A DNA stretch of 62,891 nt, counting the filler, from Neolecta irregularis DAH-3 (Eukaryota): the NCBI GenBank assembly GCA_001929475.1. It is 8 parts of 8 records of this genome, joined end to end, with 100 filler letters (N's around TTAATTAATTAA, not from the genome) between each part and the next. Parts side by side here need not be neighbours in the genome. Positions count along the whole stretch, not along the records: positions 44,981 to 62,891 come from LXFE01000941.1; 7 more parts are not named here. The stretch is one strand, 5' to 3'. Made by a program: the position numbers and the translations under genes. The notes under the pieces were generated by a model. The model searched no databases and had not been told where the DNA came from. It saw only the letters and a program-made list of their open reading frames with translations. Shown here one piece after another: positions 50,572-62,300 of the stretch (position 1 is the stretch's first letter; the number at the start of each line of letters is the position of its first letter).

Positions 50572-52515
50572 ATTTCTGAAGAATCAAAAGACCAACTAGA
50601 TGAGAATAATAATATAGGAATCTCATTCCTCTTATAGAGTCGCAGTTGAAGACCTTCATTGCAAATAGCAACAGTCTCATCCTATTTTTGTTGCGCTGAA
50701 GCGCCGGGATGCAATGAGTCCGTCCATCGTAGGCGATACAGGGAAGAGTTAAACATAGTTTTCTATTTTTCGCTCTTCCCTCAGGCCAGACTCACCTTAC
50801 TGCTATCATCACCCAAATCTCTCTATTACCGCCTGTCTTTCTCTCTTAGACCCCCAAACCTGATGGGTTCCAAGACTGGCAACATTAATTATACCCTTCC
50901 TTGTCACCACGGCCTCGATGTGACCACAACGCGCCTTCCGGATGTGTCTCGTAGTCTTGCCGAATTTAGGCTTTGGATGGGTCTCGGTCCGCCATAGCTC
51001 TCTCGCACTTCGTGGTGTCGGGCAGGATTAATTTAGAATCATTTGTCTTTTATCAATTTTTTCTTTTTCTCATCTTTCCTACCTGTATTCTGCGGATGAA
51101 ATGAAAAAGGATGTGGATTTTCCTCTATATAGTGTGCCGTTGAATTGCGAGTCAAGTTTTCTCTTTCTTTAAACAATAATTCATTAAAGACACCACCATC
51201 TGGCCAACATCTCAACTCTCCCTCACAAGACCTGGCTAGCATCCTATCATTGACAAGCCTCGTTTCAACCTATGTGCTGACACGCACTTGGGCGTCACAT
51301 TTACGCTTTCTAAGAGTAGAAAAACAAAGGGAAATACTAGAATAATTGACTATGCTTTCCTCTTGTGGATAGACGCGGTGCTGAAAGCTAATTGTGAACC
51401 ATGCTTGCAAGTATCCTTATAGTTGCACATGAAATAAGTTGAGCCTACTGCTGCTAGAATGGTGTCATAAAATAGTCTGATCCTTTGTCAGGTCGCTAGG
51501 TATATTGTTGACAAAATTTCGCGGTTCGTTCTGATGCATGCCCATTCGTCATTTACCGGCGTAAATTGCTAGGCTTCGTCATCCCACTGGTAAAATCCAT
51601 AATTGAACATAGCGCGTCGATACATGTTTGATTGTTTTCTAAAGAAGAAGGCGAGTAGTCGGTTGTCCTGGCTCTCGCATAACGGAAATATTTAGGAACC
51701 GAGTGTGGATGCGGGCAAATCAAGAGTAACATTTGGGCGGTGTTTCCATATCACTTGCTTGGCATGAGCTGCTATTACAGTGATATAGCATCGATATGTA
51801 TTGACACCAATCAGATGAGCTAGATATGTATTCTGCAAGCTAACCAGTTTAAATTGATCTACAAGTCCTCTCGCGCGAATTGCGCGTGCATCGATTCTGA
51901 TAGATAAAAAAGTATTTTTAGTGGTAGCTCGTAGCTTTAGTGGGCGGCATGAAAGATACAGATAATGTTTTGGTGGAGGATACTTTAGGAATCTTTTCAT
52001 TTTGCTATTGATCCTTGTCTGGTTGAACAAGTGTTGCAGCTGATGAGACATAGATATACTGCTTGCAATGGTGTAGATTCGGGAAGAATGAAAGAGACAT
52101 GATAGCGGACATACTCGGTCGGTTCTGAAACATCCGACGGGCTAATATTCATCCCTTTATATTGATGGAGTCTTGTTCATTTTGAGAAAGATTACAAGGA
52201 AAGACAGGAGACAAAAGAATACTATTCGTCATCATAGATAATGGAAAGAGCAAGCATTTGAACTCTTGTGTCAAGAAGAAACCTGTGGCAAATTGTTTGA
52301 CCATTTCAAAAACCGTCATCCAAAGTAAATAGAGAAAGCATCTGCATGGTCAAAGATCACCTCAATATATGGGCATGTTTACGAAACTGACGGTAGGATC
52401 CCCGTCAATTCCGTGATAAAGCCCACTGACTGTAAAAGCCATTCTCAGTCAATGCGGCAGCCATGAAGTCAACCCCTACGAGTAAATATGGTTTGTTCAA
52501 TCAGAAAAATGGTAT

Positions 52516-53000
52516 TTATTTGGTTCCCCGTTCCTTTGCGGCCTTGACGCCGGCTGCACTTCGCTTCAGAATATTCTCACGATCTTTATCCAACTTTAAT
52601 TTTGTGATGACGAGGTTGCTTGAGCTCACGCCAACTGGAACAGAGGCTCCATTGGCTTTTTCCCGGGTAACTCGTTCGATGTGAACAATGAATTTCTTTC
52701 GATAGACTTGTTGGACTTTTCCTTCTCGACCCTTGAATGAGCCTCGAACGACTAGAACCTCATCATCCTTTCGAATAGGAATAGATCGAGTCTACAAATA
52801 GTTAAAGGCGTTCGATGTGACTTGCAGAATACCTTGTATTTGTCACGTAGCTCTTTGGATAAAGCTGAAGACATGATAATCCGTCTAACGGATGAAGGTG
52901 CAGAGAAGTGGGCCTTTCGGCTCTTTCTGCGGGACGATGAGACACCTTGTTTGTGAGCCAACCTATTCATATAGAGCAAGATACTCTCTGATTGCTTCAT
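52516..53000 (-). CDS. RPL26: 60S ribosomal protein uL24
   Basis: [39 protein letters not shown]. Confidence 0.96.
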
Positions 53001-53632
53001 GGGTGGTGAATATAGGGATGTCGCGGACGATTTTTGGTGGTTACTTGGCAATGTAACAGTCACTTGGGATAATTGACTTGGGATAATTGTCGCTAATTAT
53101 TGAGAAGTATTATTAGGGACTCTAAGCCAACGGTCGACCCTCAGGATCTAGACAATTTCTACTGTCGTCTTATTATACAAGTATTTTAAATGTGATACAC
53201 ATCATTTTTTCTTATTCTTACTAAAATGGCAGAATTTCCCTTTCTTGTGGACAAGGTCCACGAACTGGTCACTCTGATCTCGTAGATATCCAAGTCAAAA
53301 CAATCAAGCTAATGCGAATCAAAGAAAATAAGACTCGATCCCCAATTTCTTCCACAGAATAATATAATTCAAATACTACATATACAATCAACTCCCACCT
53401 GCATGACTCTTACACAAACTTATATCCATAAACAGAGCACAATCCCTAGGACAGTGATTCATGATAGCTAGCGTATAAACCAGATCGAGTGCATACCCAT
53501 AAACACACATCTATCTACAAAAGAATAGGTATAAAACTACATATGAGATAAAAAGTGCACACCCTACTGCAAATTTGAAACGCAGAAACATAAAAGTACA
53601 ACATAAAAACGTGGCAATATTTCAAGATATGC

Positions 53633-55667
53633 TTAGGAATCAAACGCCAACCCGTAAAGCACTTGATCCTCTGGAATTTGTTCGTATTGACCAAGAGGCC
53701 CACGTTTGTGAAGATTACCCGCGCCACTCTCGACAGAATCGTCAGAGTAACTCCCTTGAACGATAACGGCTACTTTCATAGTGTTTGGTGGCTCTTGTAT
53801 ATCGATACTTGTAATGGTGTAATTATTAGTTCCTGGATTTCGAACTAAATTGCCTCTATCGGCACTCAACAGTTTTCGAGTCGAAGAAAAGCCGATTGAC
53901 CATTGGTTAAGGGAACTGGATTCTTTGCGTAGTTGGATTACCGCTTGAAAGTTTGTGGCATTAACATTGGAAATGGTAAAAGTGACGCCCGCAGTAGAAC
54001 TCGACATGGCAACTTGGGTAATTTCATCGTCTCGTTTTTCCAAACTCCTTTTCGTTATGGCAGAACAGGCAGAGACTGTTGAACTTCCAGGCCAACCACA
54101 GCTGATTGAACCTCCTAGATACTGGCAAACTGTTCCCGGGGCGCAGGCTCGAAGCAACCATGAACCTATGACTTGAGACCAATCCAAAGAGCTTGTTTAC
54201 CAAAAAGACATTGAGCGTATCCGTAGCCTACACAGGCATATGTTCCGTCCGAACAACTACCCCCGTTAACGGGACAAGTTCCACCCGACGAACCAGCTGG
54301 TGCTTTTGTTGTCGTTGCCTTTGCTGTCGTTGCCTTCGTTGTTTTGGTAAGTACTGCTCCTCCGCAAGTTAATGGACATGTTATTTTAGGCGACGTGAGC
54401 ACTTTCCCACCAAGCTTTGTAGTAGTTTTTTGTTTCAAAGTTGTGGCAGCTTTGGTGGGAGCTGTAGTCTTCTTGGCAGTTGTTATTTTAGGAGGTGAAG
54501 CAGCTGGAATAGAGACGATAGCGTTATTCGTCAAAGCAATTTTTGCAGCTTGCGCATAGTTCATCGTAGAAGTCACTTGATTGCGCCAAGCCTGTGAGGT
54601 ATCCCTACACATGAAATTAAAAAGAGCAAATGCTGAAAACTTGCCACATCATTATACCCCCAAAGGATGAGTATTGTGCTTGAAGAGCCTTTGCGATCGT
54701 GCTTAGTTGAGCAGCCGAGATATACCCTGACCCTGCAGCGCTTGCGGCAGCCGGAACACCTAGAAATATTTTCACCTTCTTGTTGGGACTTGTAGTTTTA
54801 GCGAATGTATCCCAGGTAGCGAAATTGAAGTTGCTTGTTCCATACACATTGACACCACCTAATGAAATCAGTAAAGTATCAAATGTACGTGATTTACAGT
54901 AATTATTATAAAATTGGACAAAAACAAAGTCAAACATGCTTGAAGAAAGTGCTGGGTTAATCTCGTAGTCCGGGTACGGGCATTGAGGAGCGGCGGCGAT
55001 GTAAAATGTTCGACTTGGCATACTTGCGTAATGGACTCTCATTTGATTAACAAAGGCCGCGTATCCAGTAGTAGGGCCACCCTCGATATCGAGATCGAAC
55101 CCATCGACAATAGAACTGTCAAATGGTCGATACATGTACGAACCGCCTCCAAACATATTCCAGAGTTTGTCAGCAAATGCAGAACCCGCTGCATCACTGG
55201 TAAATCCGTAGGCTCCAGAAGCGCCCCCAAGAGATAGCAGAATCTTCTTTCCGGCCGTTTGACATGTTTGAATATCTCTCCTACAAAAATGAAAACAATC
55301 CTGGAAGCACCTATTCGATACCCAATTTGTGGACAATGTAAAAGCTGCGTTCCAGAAAAATAAGCACCGTCATTGCAGGACCCGGCGAAATTCACTCCAG
55401 GTTGTCCATCTGTGTTTGCAAAGATGTTGAGGAAAGCAAGAGGAATGATCTAACATTGTTCAAAACTAGAGACCAAGAAATAGGTAAACGAACATCGATT
55501 GTAGAAGTTTGGCAATAATATGCCAGGTTTTGCTGTGCACCAACGATATTAACTGAATTTTGTCCCCAGTAAACGGCGAGATTGGTGTTTGCCGAGGCGG
55601 AGAAGGCAGTGATCGAACCAGTAAGAATGCAAGTAATAATACATGTAAGCATAACTCTGGAGAGCAA
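53633..55667 (-). CDS. Secreted GH18 class-III (Cts1-like) chitinase with Thr/Lys linker, CBM19-like module and extra C-terminal domain
   Basis: AVYWGQNS, KILLSLGGA, catalytic DGFDLDIE, AAPQCPYPD, FVQFYNN, GIMMWD, C...G.W....CAPGTVC. Confidence 0.92.
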
Positions 55668-56036
55668 GATTGAGAATACGCCCCACGGAATTTAGCCATG
55701 ATTTCCGAGGGTTTATAACAATTGAGCCAAACATATCGGAAAATATGCGATATGCCCGAATTTAGCAATTCTGTCAGCCTCAATTCGCATTTTTGTTCAC
55801 GGTCACGCCAGATCATCGGGAAAATAACAATTCCACATGCGGAATACTCTTAGTGGCGAATATGTATGTAGAAAATATGTCGATCAAGGACACTGATATC
55901 TTGGTCATGTTGTAATATTGACTGGCGAGAGCAACATAGTTGTACAGATAACACAAACACCCACAAAACTCTGCCATAGATGACAGCTGCCCTTCATAAC
56001 TGGAATATTGCTCGTAATAGCATAAACTACATCCAT

Positions 56037-57022
56037 CTACTTTGGTTCAAAATAATCTGCCATCTCTGCGTCCAACTGTTCGACACTCTTGGGTTTCTGG
56101 AAAACTCGTTTTCCTCCTCGACCGCGGCCAGGACCTCCTCTACGATTATTGCTGCCTCCTCGGCCGGTAGTAGCTGCCTTGTTACTAATGAATTAGTGTA
56201 GACTCGGGACAAACGTACGCAGGTAAAGCATTAATTCTTGAGCTCAAAGCGGGCGGAATAGACTGGACCATGGCTGGGTCAACAATGATTTCAATCTAAC
56301 ATGTAAACCCCAAGCGACAAGAAAAGACAAACCTTGAGATGATTTTTATTATCAATCATACGACCATGATAATTTGAATAAGCCTTTTGCGCATCTCCCG
56401 AACGTTGAAAGTAGATAGTGGCAGTACCAGTAGATCGACCATTAGGTCCATAATTAAGGGTACACTTTTTCAGGGGCCCCACTGATTTCTGAAAGAATTC
56501 CTTAACAAGAGTTGAGCGGAGTTCAAGAACGAAAGAAAAAGAAGAGAGGGGAGATAGATGCAGCGACAACGCGAAGGGCAGACATATTGAGCAGCACTAT
56601 TGAAGCTATGCTTCGAGACGAACCATTCGATTTGCCACGACTCGTCTCCAGGCGGATGAACATCGAAAAAAGCAAGGGATATTACAAGCGCAGGCGACGG
56701 TACACATCGAAACTTCCATCGCGTTGTGCACACCTTCTTTGGAGGGAAATATTAATGCGCACATACCTGAATCTGGCCTTCTGTAACGTCAAAGGGCTAT
56801 AGTTAGCATCAAAAAAAGGGTGGAAACATGTACGAAACCGCTGACGATTATCTTGCTGCCCTGCACCGCAGCGCCGAGAACGGTATTTTTCTGGGACGGG
56901 CCGCTGACTTTTCTAGGAACGACTTTTCGGACGGCGCCACGGCCTGTCCCTCTTCCTTGTCGCTTTGCAGTCTTGTTGGTCTGGATAATGTCATCGAGGG
57001 AGCGATCCATGTGGAGAGACAA
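56037..57022 (-). CDS. YRA1: mRNA export adaptor Yra1/Mlo3 (ALYREF)
   Basis: MDRSLDDII N-box, RRM (SKIIVS..P.DV, EFF...VG, G.STG.A...F), C-box KS.EQLDAEM.DYF. Confidence 0.93.
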
Positions 57023-57233
57023 GTAGGTGGAATGGGGAGGTTGGTGGTAAGAAAGAGAAATGGCGGGTGACCTCGACAGCAGACTAGCGCTTTTGTACTC
57101 GTCTCTGACCGCTTTTAGTTTTCTGGCGTATATACATTTATATGAATAGGAGGGTGTTGGATTTTATTTTCATGTATACCTTTGCATGCTAAAGGACTTG
57201 TATTTAATCTCCACATCACTGTTTAACAACAGC

Positions 57234-58762
57234 ATGCCAGTGAATCAAGTCATTTGCATCGATGACTCACCGGTGCGACAACCAGTGAAGAAGCGGCGTT
57301 CGTCAGGATTAGTCGTGCTGGAGAGCGATGATTCATGTATAGTCGATTTACCAGATATCGACGATGCCTTTCGCCAATTTGAACAAGCTCGAATAACCGG
57401 GGATCCCGTCTTTCCAACGCAGACTAAACGCAAGCGCACCTTGTTGCCAAGGGTAGATGTGGATACAGTCTATGATAACATTCCACCTACAGCTCGATTT
57501 TCACCTACTCATGAATTTCCACAAGATCGATGTATTGATACACATCGATATATTCCACATATTACGGAAAAGTCACGCACAACACTATCTCATTCTAATG
57601 AGAATCGCGATATATTGTCATCAGTTGAAATCATCGACTTGGATCCAATTTCTAAACAGAAAAAGGTTAGTTTTCAATATATTTCAGAATTAACAAGATA
57701 GAAGACTAAAACCAAAACACAAAAAGAACCAGGGCGATCATCAAGGGTACTTTATCAATGAAAATGTCTTACTTTAGGATTCAACCGTTTGTAAAGTGGG
57801 GACATCAAAGAAAGATTGTACGCCTGAAATGATTGTCGACGTGAGCACATCGCTTGCCACGCCCTTGCCGCGCTTATGTGAATTTCTGGGAACGATAGGA
57901 GCGCAAATGGAAGCTTGGTCAAGTCCCGTTGAAAACATGATTAAATGGAGACGAAAAGTCAAAAGTCTTGTTCCTGAAATCAGAGATGAGAAACATGTTT
58001 TGGTATACTTTGATGCCAAAGAATTCGTTTCACTTGATTTGGAAAGCTCTGTTTGCTGTATCAAATCTCTTTTCCCGAATGCAAAAGTGTTGTATATGAT
58101 TCAAGGACTCGAACGGTTTATCAAGAATATTCAAAATGCTCGAAATCGAGAATATATAGCGACTGTTCGTGGCGCTATTCAAAATCGAAATGGGGAATAT
58201 ATGCGAGGCGCGTCTGTCAAAAAGAAACAAACCGTCGATTTTAACGAGGAAGAAATTCAGGAAAAAGTAGTTGGATTACAAGTATTTTATGAATGTTTGG
58301 TTATTCATACCAGTTCTATTTTACAGAGTGTGGAATGGATTAGCATTCTTACGGGGGATATTGCCATGATTCCATACAAGTACAAAGATACAGGGAATAA
58401 ACTGACTGTAGACAAACCCATCCATTTGCATCATTTTGCATGGATGCGGGACAAGTGAAAACTGGAAAAGATGTCAATGATACATTTTGTAAAAGTCTGG
58501 AACAGGTTACCAGAGTCACTCGGTATATCGCAACAGCAGTAATGAACAAGTACAACACTCCACAAGCTCTATATCGCGGGTTTACAAGTACGGGCGCAGA
58601 GGCTTTGAGCGATTGCACTGTATGTGACTTTGTGGTTGGATCTGATTGTAGGTTTGTGCGAACATGAATGGGGCGATGAGTAACCGGATGGTAGGGTCAG
58701 CTTTGTCTAGGCGTTTACATCAAATATTCACGACACTTGATCCTGAAGCTATCTTGATGTAA
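57234..58762 (+). CDS. EME1: Crossover-junction endonuclease subunit Eme1/Mms4 (ERCC4 domain)
   Basis: EMIVD, IKWRRKV, Y.IQGL, LQV, EWI...T.DIA.IPY, FCMDAGQVK.G, R.VG.ALS.R...IF. Confidence 0.85.
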
Positions 58763-59254
58763 TCAGGTATTATTATATATATTATTCATGAATAATTCTT
58801 ACCAACGACATGTCAAGCGAGAGCAATGCGGCGGAACGAATTGTATATCAAATTCTATACGGCGAGGGTAAAAGATATGCAGATGAGTATTGGATGAGCT
58901 ATCTTGAAAATAACAAATGTTGACTCAAATTCCAAACAAAGCATATCGTCGGATATGCATGCCATGGACTAAAAACTCGACTCTTGGTGCTAAATCTATG
59001 CAGTCTTAATAACTGAGCGAAAATAACTCCCGCTCTAATTCTCCTTCAATAAAGATTTCTGCTTGACAACAACTCCACCTTATCTCTACTGATTTCAATC
59101 GAATTTCACTGGCATGGTTCAATTCTTGTGGGGGACTGTGGGGACTTTGAGTGTTTACGATCGCAAATCCCCGGGTCGCCACAGTCACCACCAAACCGTT
59201 GGCGATCACTAACGGATTGGTAAAGGGAACCCACCAGCGTCATGGCTTGGGGCG

Positions 59255-59504
59255 GTGCAGGCGGGGGCTGCGGGTGGGCGGCATGGTGGTTGTCAAGGTG
59301 CGCGGCAGGGAGAGCCAGGAGAACGTGAGCGAGGCCGGGCCGGTGTTTGACGCGGGGGACAGCAGCGTGACGCGCAGTGCGGCGGCGATGGAGGCGGCGT
59401 TTGCACAGGCGGGGCGGCGGGTGGTGCATACGCAGCGGCAGCGCGGGTTTCCGCAAGAGCCGGTCCGCATCTGGGCTCTGATGCCGAATCGCCAGTCACT
59501 CTAG
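59255..59504 (+). pseudogene. Fragment resembling the C-terminus of N-terminal methyltransferase Tae1/NTM1
   Basis: RC..GL..GG.VVVK..ENV....FD..DSSVTR......F.QAG..VV....QRGFP..PVRIWAL; no N-terminal SAM-binding half; GC-rich island. Confidence 0.65.
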
Positions 59505-61521
59505 TCCTGTCCCGCTGCACCCAAGTAACTCGACATATCTCCTAAACTCGAGTGGGGTCATCCTTCCATTTGGACAAGGACCCACATCAAATCTTTCAGA
59601 CACCAAGTTTAGTTCAATATCGCAAGTAAGAAAAAGAAAACATATCACTGCTCTCGTGACAAATTCACTCATATTTACGTCTTTTTGCTTCCACATCATT
59701 TTCCGATGGAATCTTTCTCTTTAGGCTGGTTACGTGCTCGCGAGAGTGTGTTTCTGAAGCACCCGCTTCCAGATCTCTGGGAAATGATGCAACACTGACA
59801 TCTGTAATCTCTCTGGTTACGCCAGACACGCCCTCCTGTTAAGAGCCTTGTTCGAAAGTTCCAAGAATACTTTTCGTTTTTGAGAGTCAAAAAGAAATTC
59901 TTCAGTTTCGAGATCTTCTTGACGGTAAACCCATGATAATAAGAATGTCATCATCTCTATGGCCTTTGATGGAAGTGGGTTATTAAAATGTATATGCTCT
60001 GCACTGTCTATTGCGGTCGCAATGTGCCCGATCACTGCAATTGCCAATTTTCGCTGAAGCTCAGGCTGAGAAAATTGCTTTGATGTGAACGTGGTAGTCT
60101 TCATTATCCAAATGCCATTAGCAGCCGAAGCTCTGTTGTCCGTGATTGAAGGTCAAGTAGCCGATCTGACTGCTGTAGGTATATTTTACAACTCATCTGC
60201 CCTCTTTTTTGTTTCGGCAGTATGATCAGCTGTTATGTATGTGATCTCATCATGGGATGAGCCACCTGTTATTGTTACATAGTGGCCTGAATCAAACGGA
60301 ACGACCAATATTCGAGGGGAACCCATAAGTAATACTCGCTGGAATAATATGCATGAGTAACTGCGTATCCATGCAACTTGACAAAAAGTAATACAAGTTG
60401 ATAAAAGGCGGTTGAAGATTGAGGATGTTCAACACTCCACGACTTGAGTGCGGAAATGAGTGGCTTTCGAGCAAGAATATCCGATCGCGAAGCCATAATA
60501 GGACTCGGGGGTATAGGCATTGGTCGTTGACCAGCACGATTGTAAGGATATATTCGGGGTATTACCGGAATTCGATCGATCGCGCTGTGAGGATCTTGCT
60601 GCTCTGTTTGTCAATGACGAGGTTGACTTCCTCTTTGACCTTCAGAGCTCTTCTTGCGGACATCGCGCCGGATCGCGTGTCATCGGTATTGCCACCCTCT
60701 TTGATAGGGATGCGGCTGACTTCCTTATTGAGCTTCCTAGCTCTTGCGGATGGAGAGATCGATCGCGCTTTGAGGATGTCGTCACTTGGCTTGCTGGTGG
60801 CGGTGGTTATTTGTCCCTGGTGGCTGTGGGGGTTCCAGGAACCCCCACACTTACCAATGGAGCAAGTGGTGGAAAATAAGAAACAGCAATTGTATTTAGA
60901 AAGTATATAAAAAAGTCTACAAGCTTAGATTAAGGTAAGTATGTGAAGCTCATAAAGTCTACAAGCTTAGATTAAGGAATATAACCTAGTCTTATTTGTA
61001 CACAAGAGCTCAACACATTACAATGATTGCAGATGCCAAGAAAAGCCCACTGGTGCTCTTCTGGGAGCAGTCTGCCATATGGATCATCTGCCATTTCTCC
61101 CCATTCCACGACGGGATATTGAGGGAAAAGCTTTGGAAATATCGTATTTAGTAGTGCGACTAGAACATTAGACGAGTTTTCAAATCTCGTTGTCATACTC
61201 ATATAGTGACTCCAACACAATTCCCGGACCCAGGTCGTTGTTCTCTGTTCTGACTTCTGATGCTGGTAAAATAAAATAGTAGCAGTTGAGTTGACTTTTG
61301 ACAAGTGCCAAACCGAACGAGTGACAGAAAAATGAGGCATGCAAGCATCCTGTTGCACACTTTTCTTCTGATATATTTTTCGAATCCGGCGAGATAGTCG
61401 TTGAATAAGTGACCATATCTAAGTTGAATCCAGTAGCCTCAGCCTGTTTAAATGAATCGAGGTTCTGCTTTGCAAAGGAAAGCTTTCCGCACAACGCGAA
61501 GACAACCAAAATCGATAACAT
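59496..61521 (-). pseudogene. Secreted PAN/Apple-domain gene disrupted by solo LTR (3' extent uncertain)
   Basis: Signal peptide plus EEKCATGC.....CHSF.......CYY; the frame is restored across the LTR; downstream ORFs are fragmented. Confidence 0.6.
60541..61022 (+). mobile_element. Solo LTR (family A), 482 bp, with near-perfect 5-bp TSD
   Basis: TGTAA...TTACA termini; flanks ACGAT (60536-60540) and ATGAT (61023-61027). Confidence 0.85.
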
Positions 61522-61952
61522 GGTTTGTGAGAAGTAGAAAATAAATTCGGAGCGGATATCTCTCGTTTAAATATCCTTTTGACCAAGACATCACTACGGA
61601 GCTACATAAATGGCTAATGTTTCCTCAACGTGAATGGCCGAATGTGTGAATGTGGCCGTCTGCATTTGGGCAAGAGGCTGAATCAACATCCTACAAAGCT
61701 CTGGATTTGGAGAAGAGAATCCTTTCCACAGACCTCTGAAACAGTTTGCCCCTTGATTCTACTATGTGACCCGTTCCAGACCATTGATGGATGAATTTCT
61801 CCCTTGTATCTTCCATAGTTGTGGTCTTTCATTTTCTGAACAAGTGTGAGATCACGAGTGATTGAGTAGGGGATAAGCGACAAGGGGAGATATAGGATGG
61901 TGACGGTTTCAAGGAAGCAAACTGGGACAATGAGTCTGCTATTCCACTAGCT

Positions 61953-62293
61953 TGTTACGGAGCTAGGGAAATTTACACTTGTTCCGAACACTTTCTTATC
62001 CCGTGTCTCACTTTTCAACCCCCTATATTCCTACTTTCGTGACAGCTCCAGGACGCCTCCACCCCCTCAAGCTGCTTCCGTCTCTCCTCTCAGTAACAGC
62101 TTCTTTCAGTTACTACAATAAATCTCCTACTTCGGAAGTCAGGAGGTGCCACAGCTCTCAGCGGTTGCACTCTCTGACCCGCCACCTTGTTCTTCCCCAG
62201 TTTCTCCTCCACATAGACCTGTAGGGCCGCTTCCAGTGGTGACTATAAAAGGAGGTCCGTTTGTTCTCATGTTAGGTAGCCAATCATATTACA
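61953..62293. mobile_element. LTR-like repeat family B
   Basis: TGTTAC...ATTACA ends; homologous to 5040-5220. Confidence 0.55.
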
Positions 62294-62300
62294 ATTTTTC

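Noticed and set aside
51411..51420. GTATCCTTAT, a U12-like donor
   Set aside because: No supportable host gene and no TCCTTAAC branch site downstream.
61115..61145. DISKAFPSI resembling a reverse-transcriptase motif in an alternative frame
   Set aside because: Short frame closed by a stop with no other RT motifs; likely coincidence.
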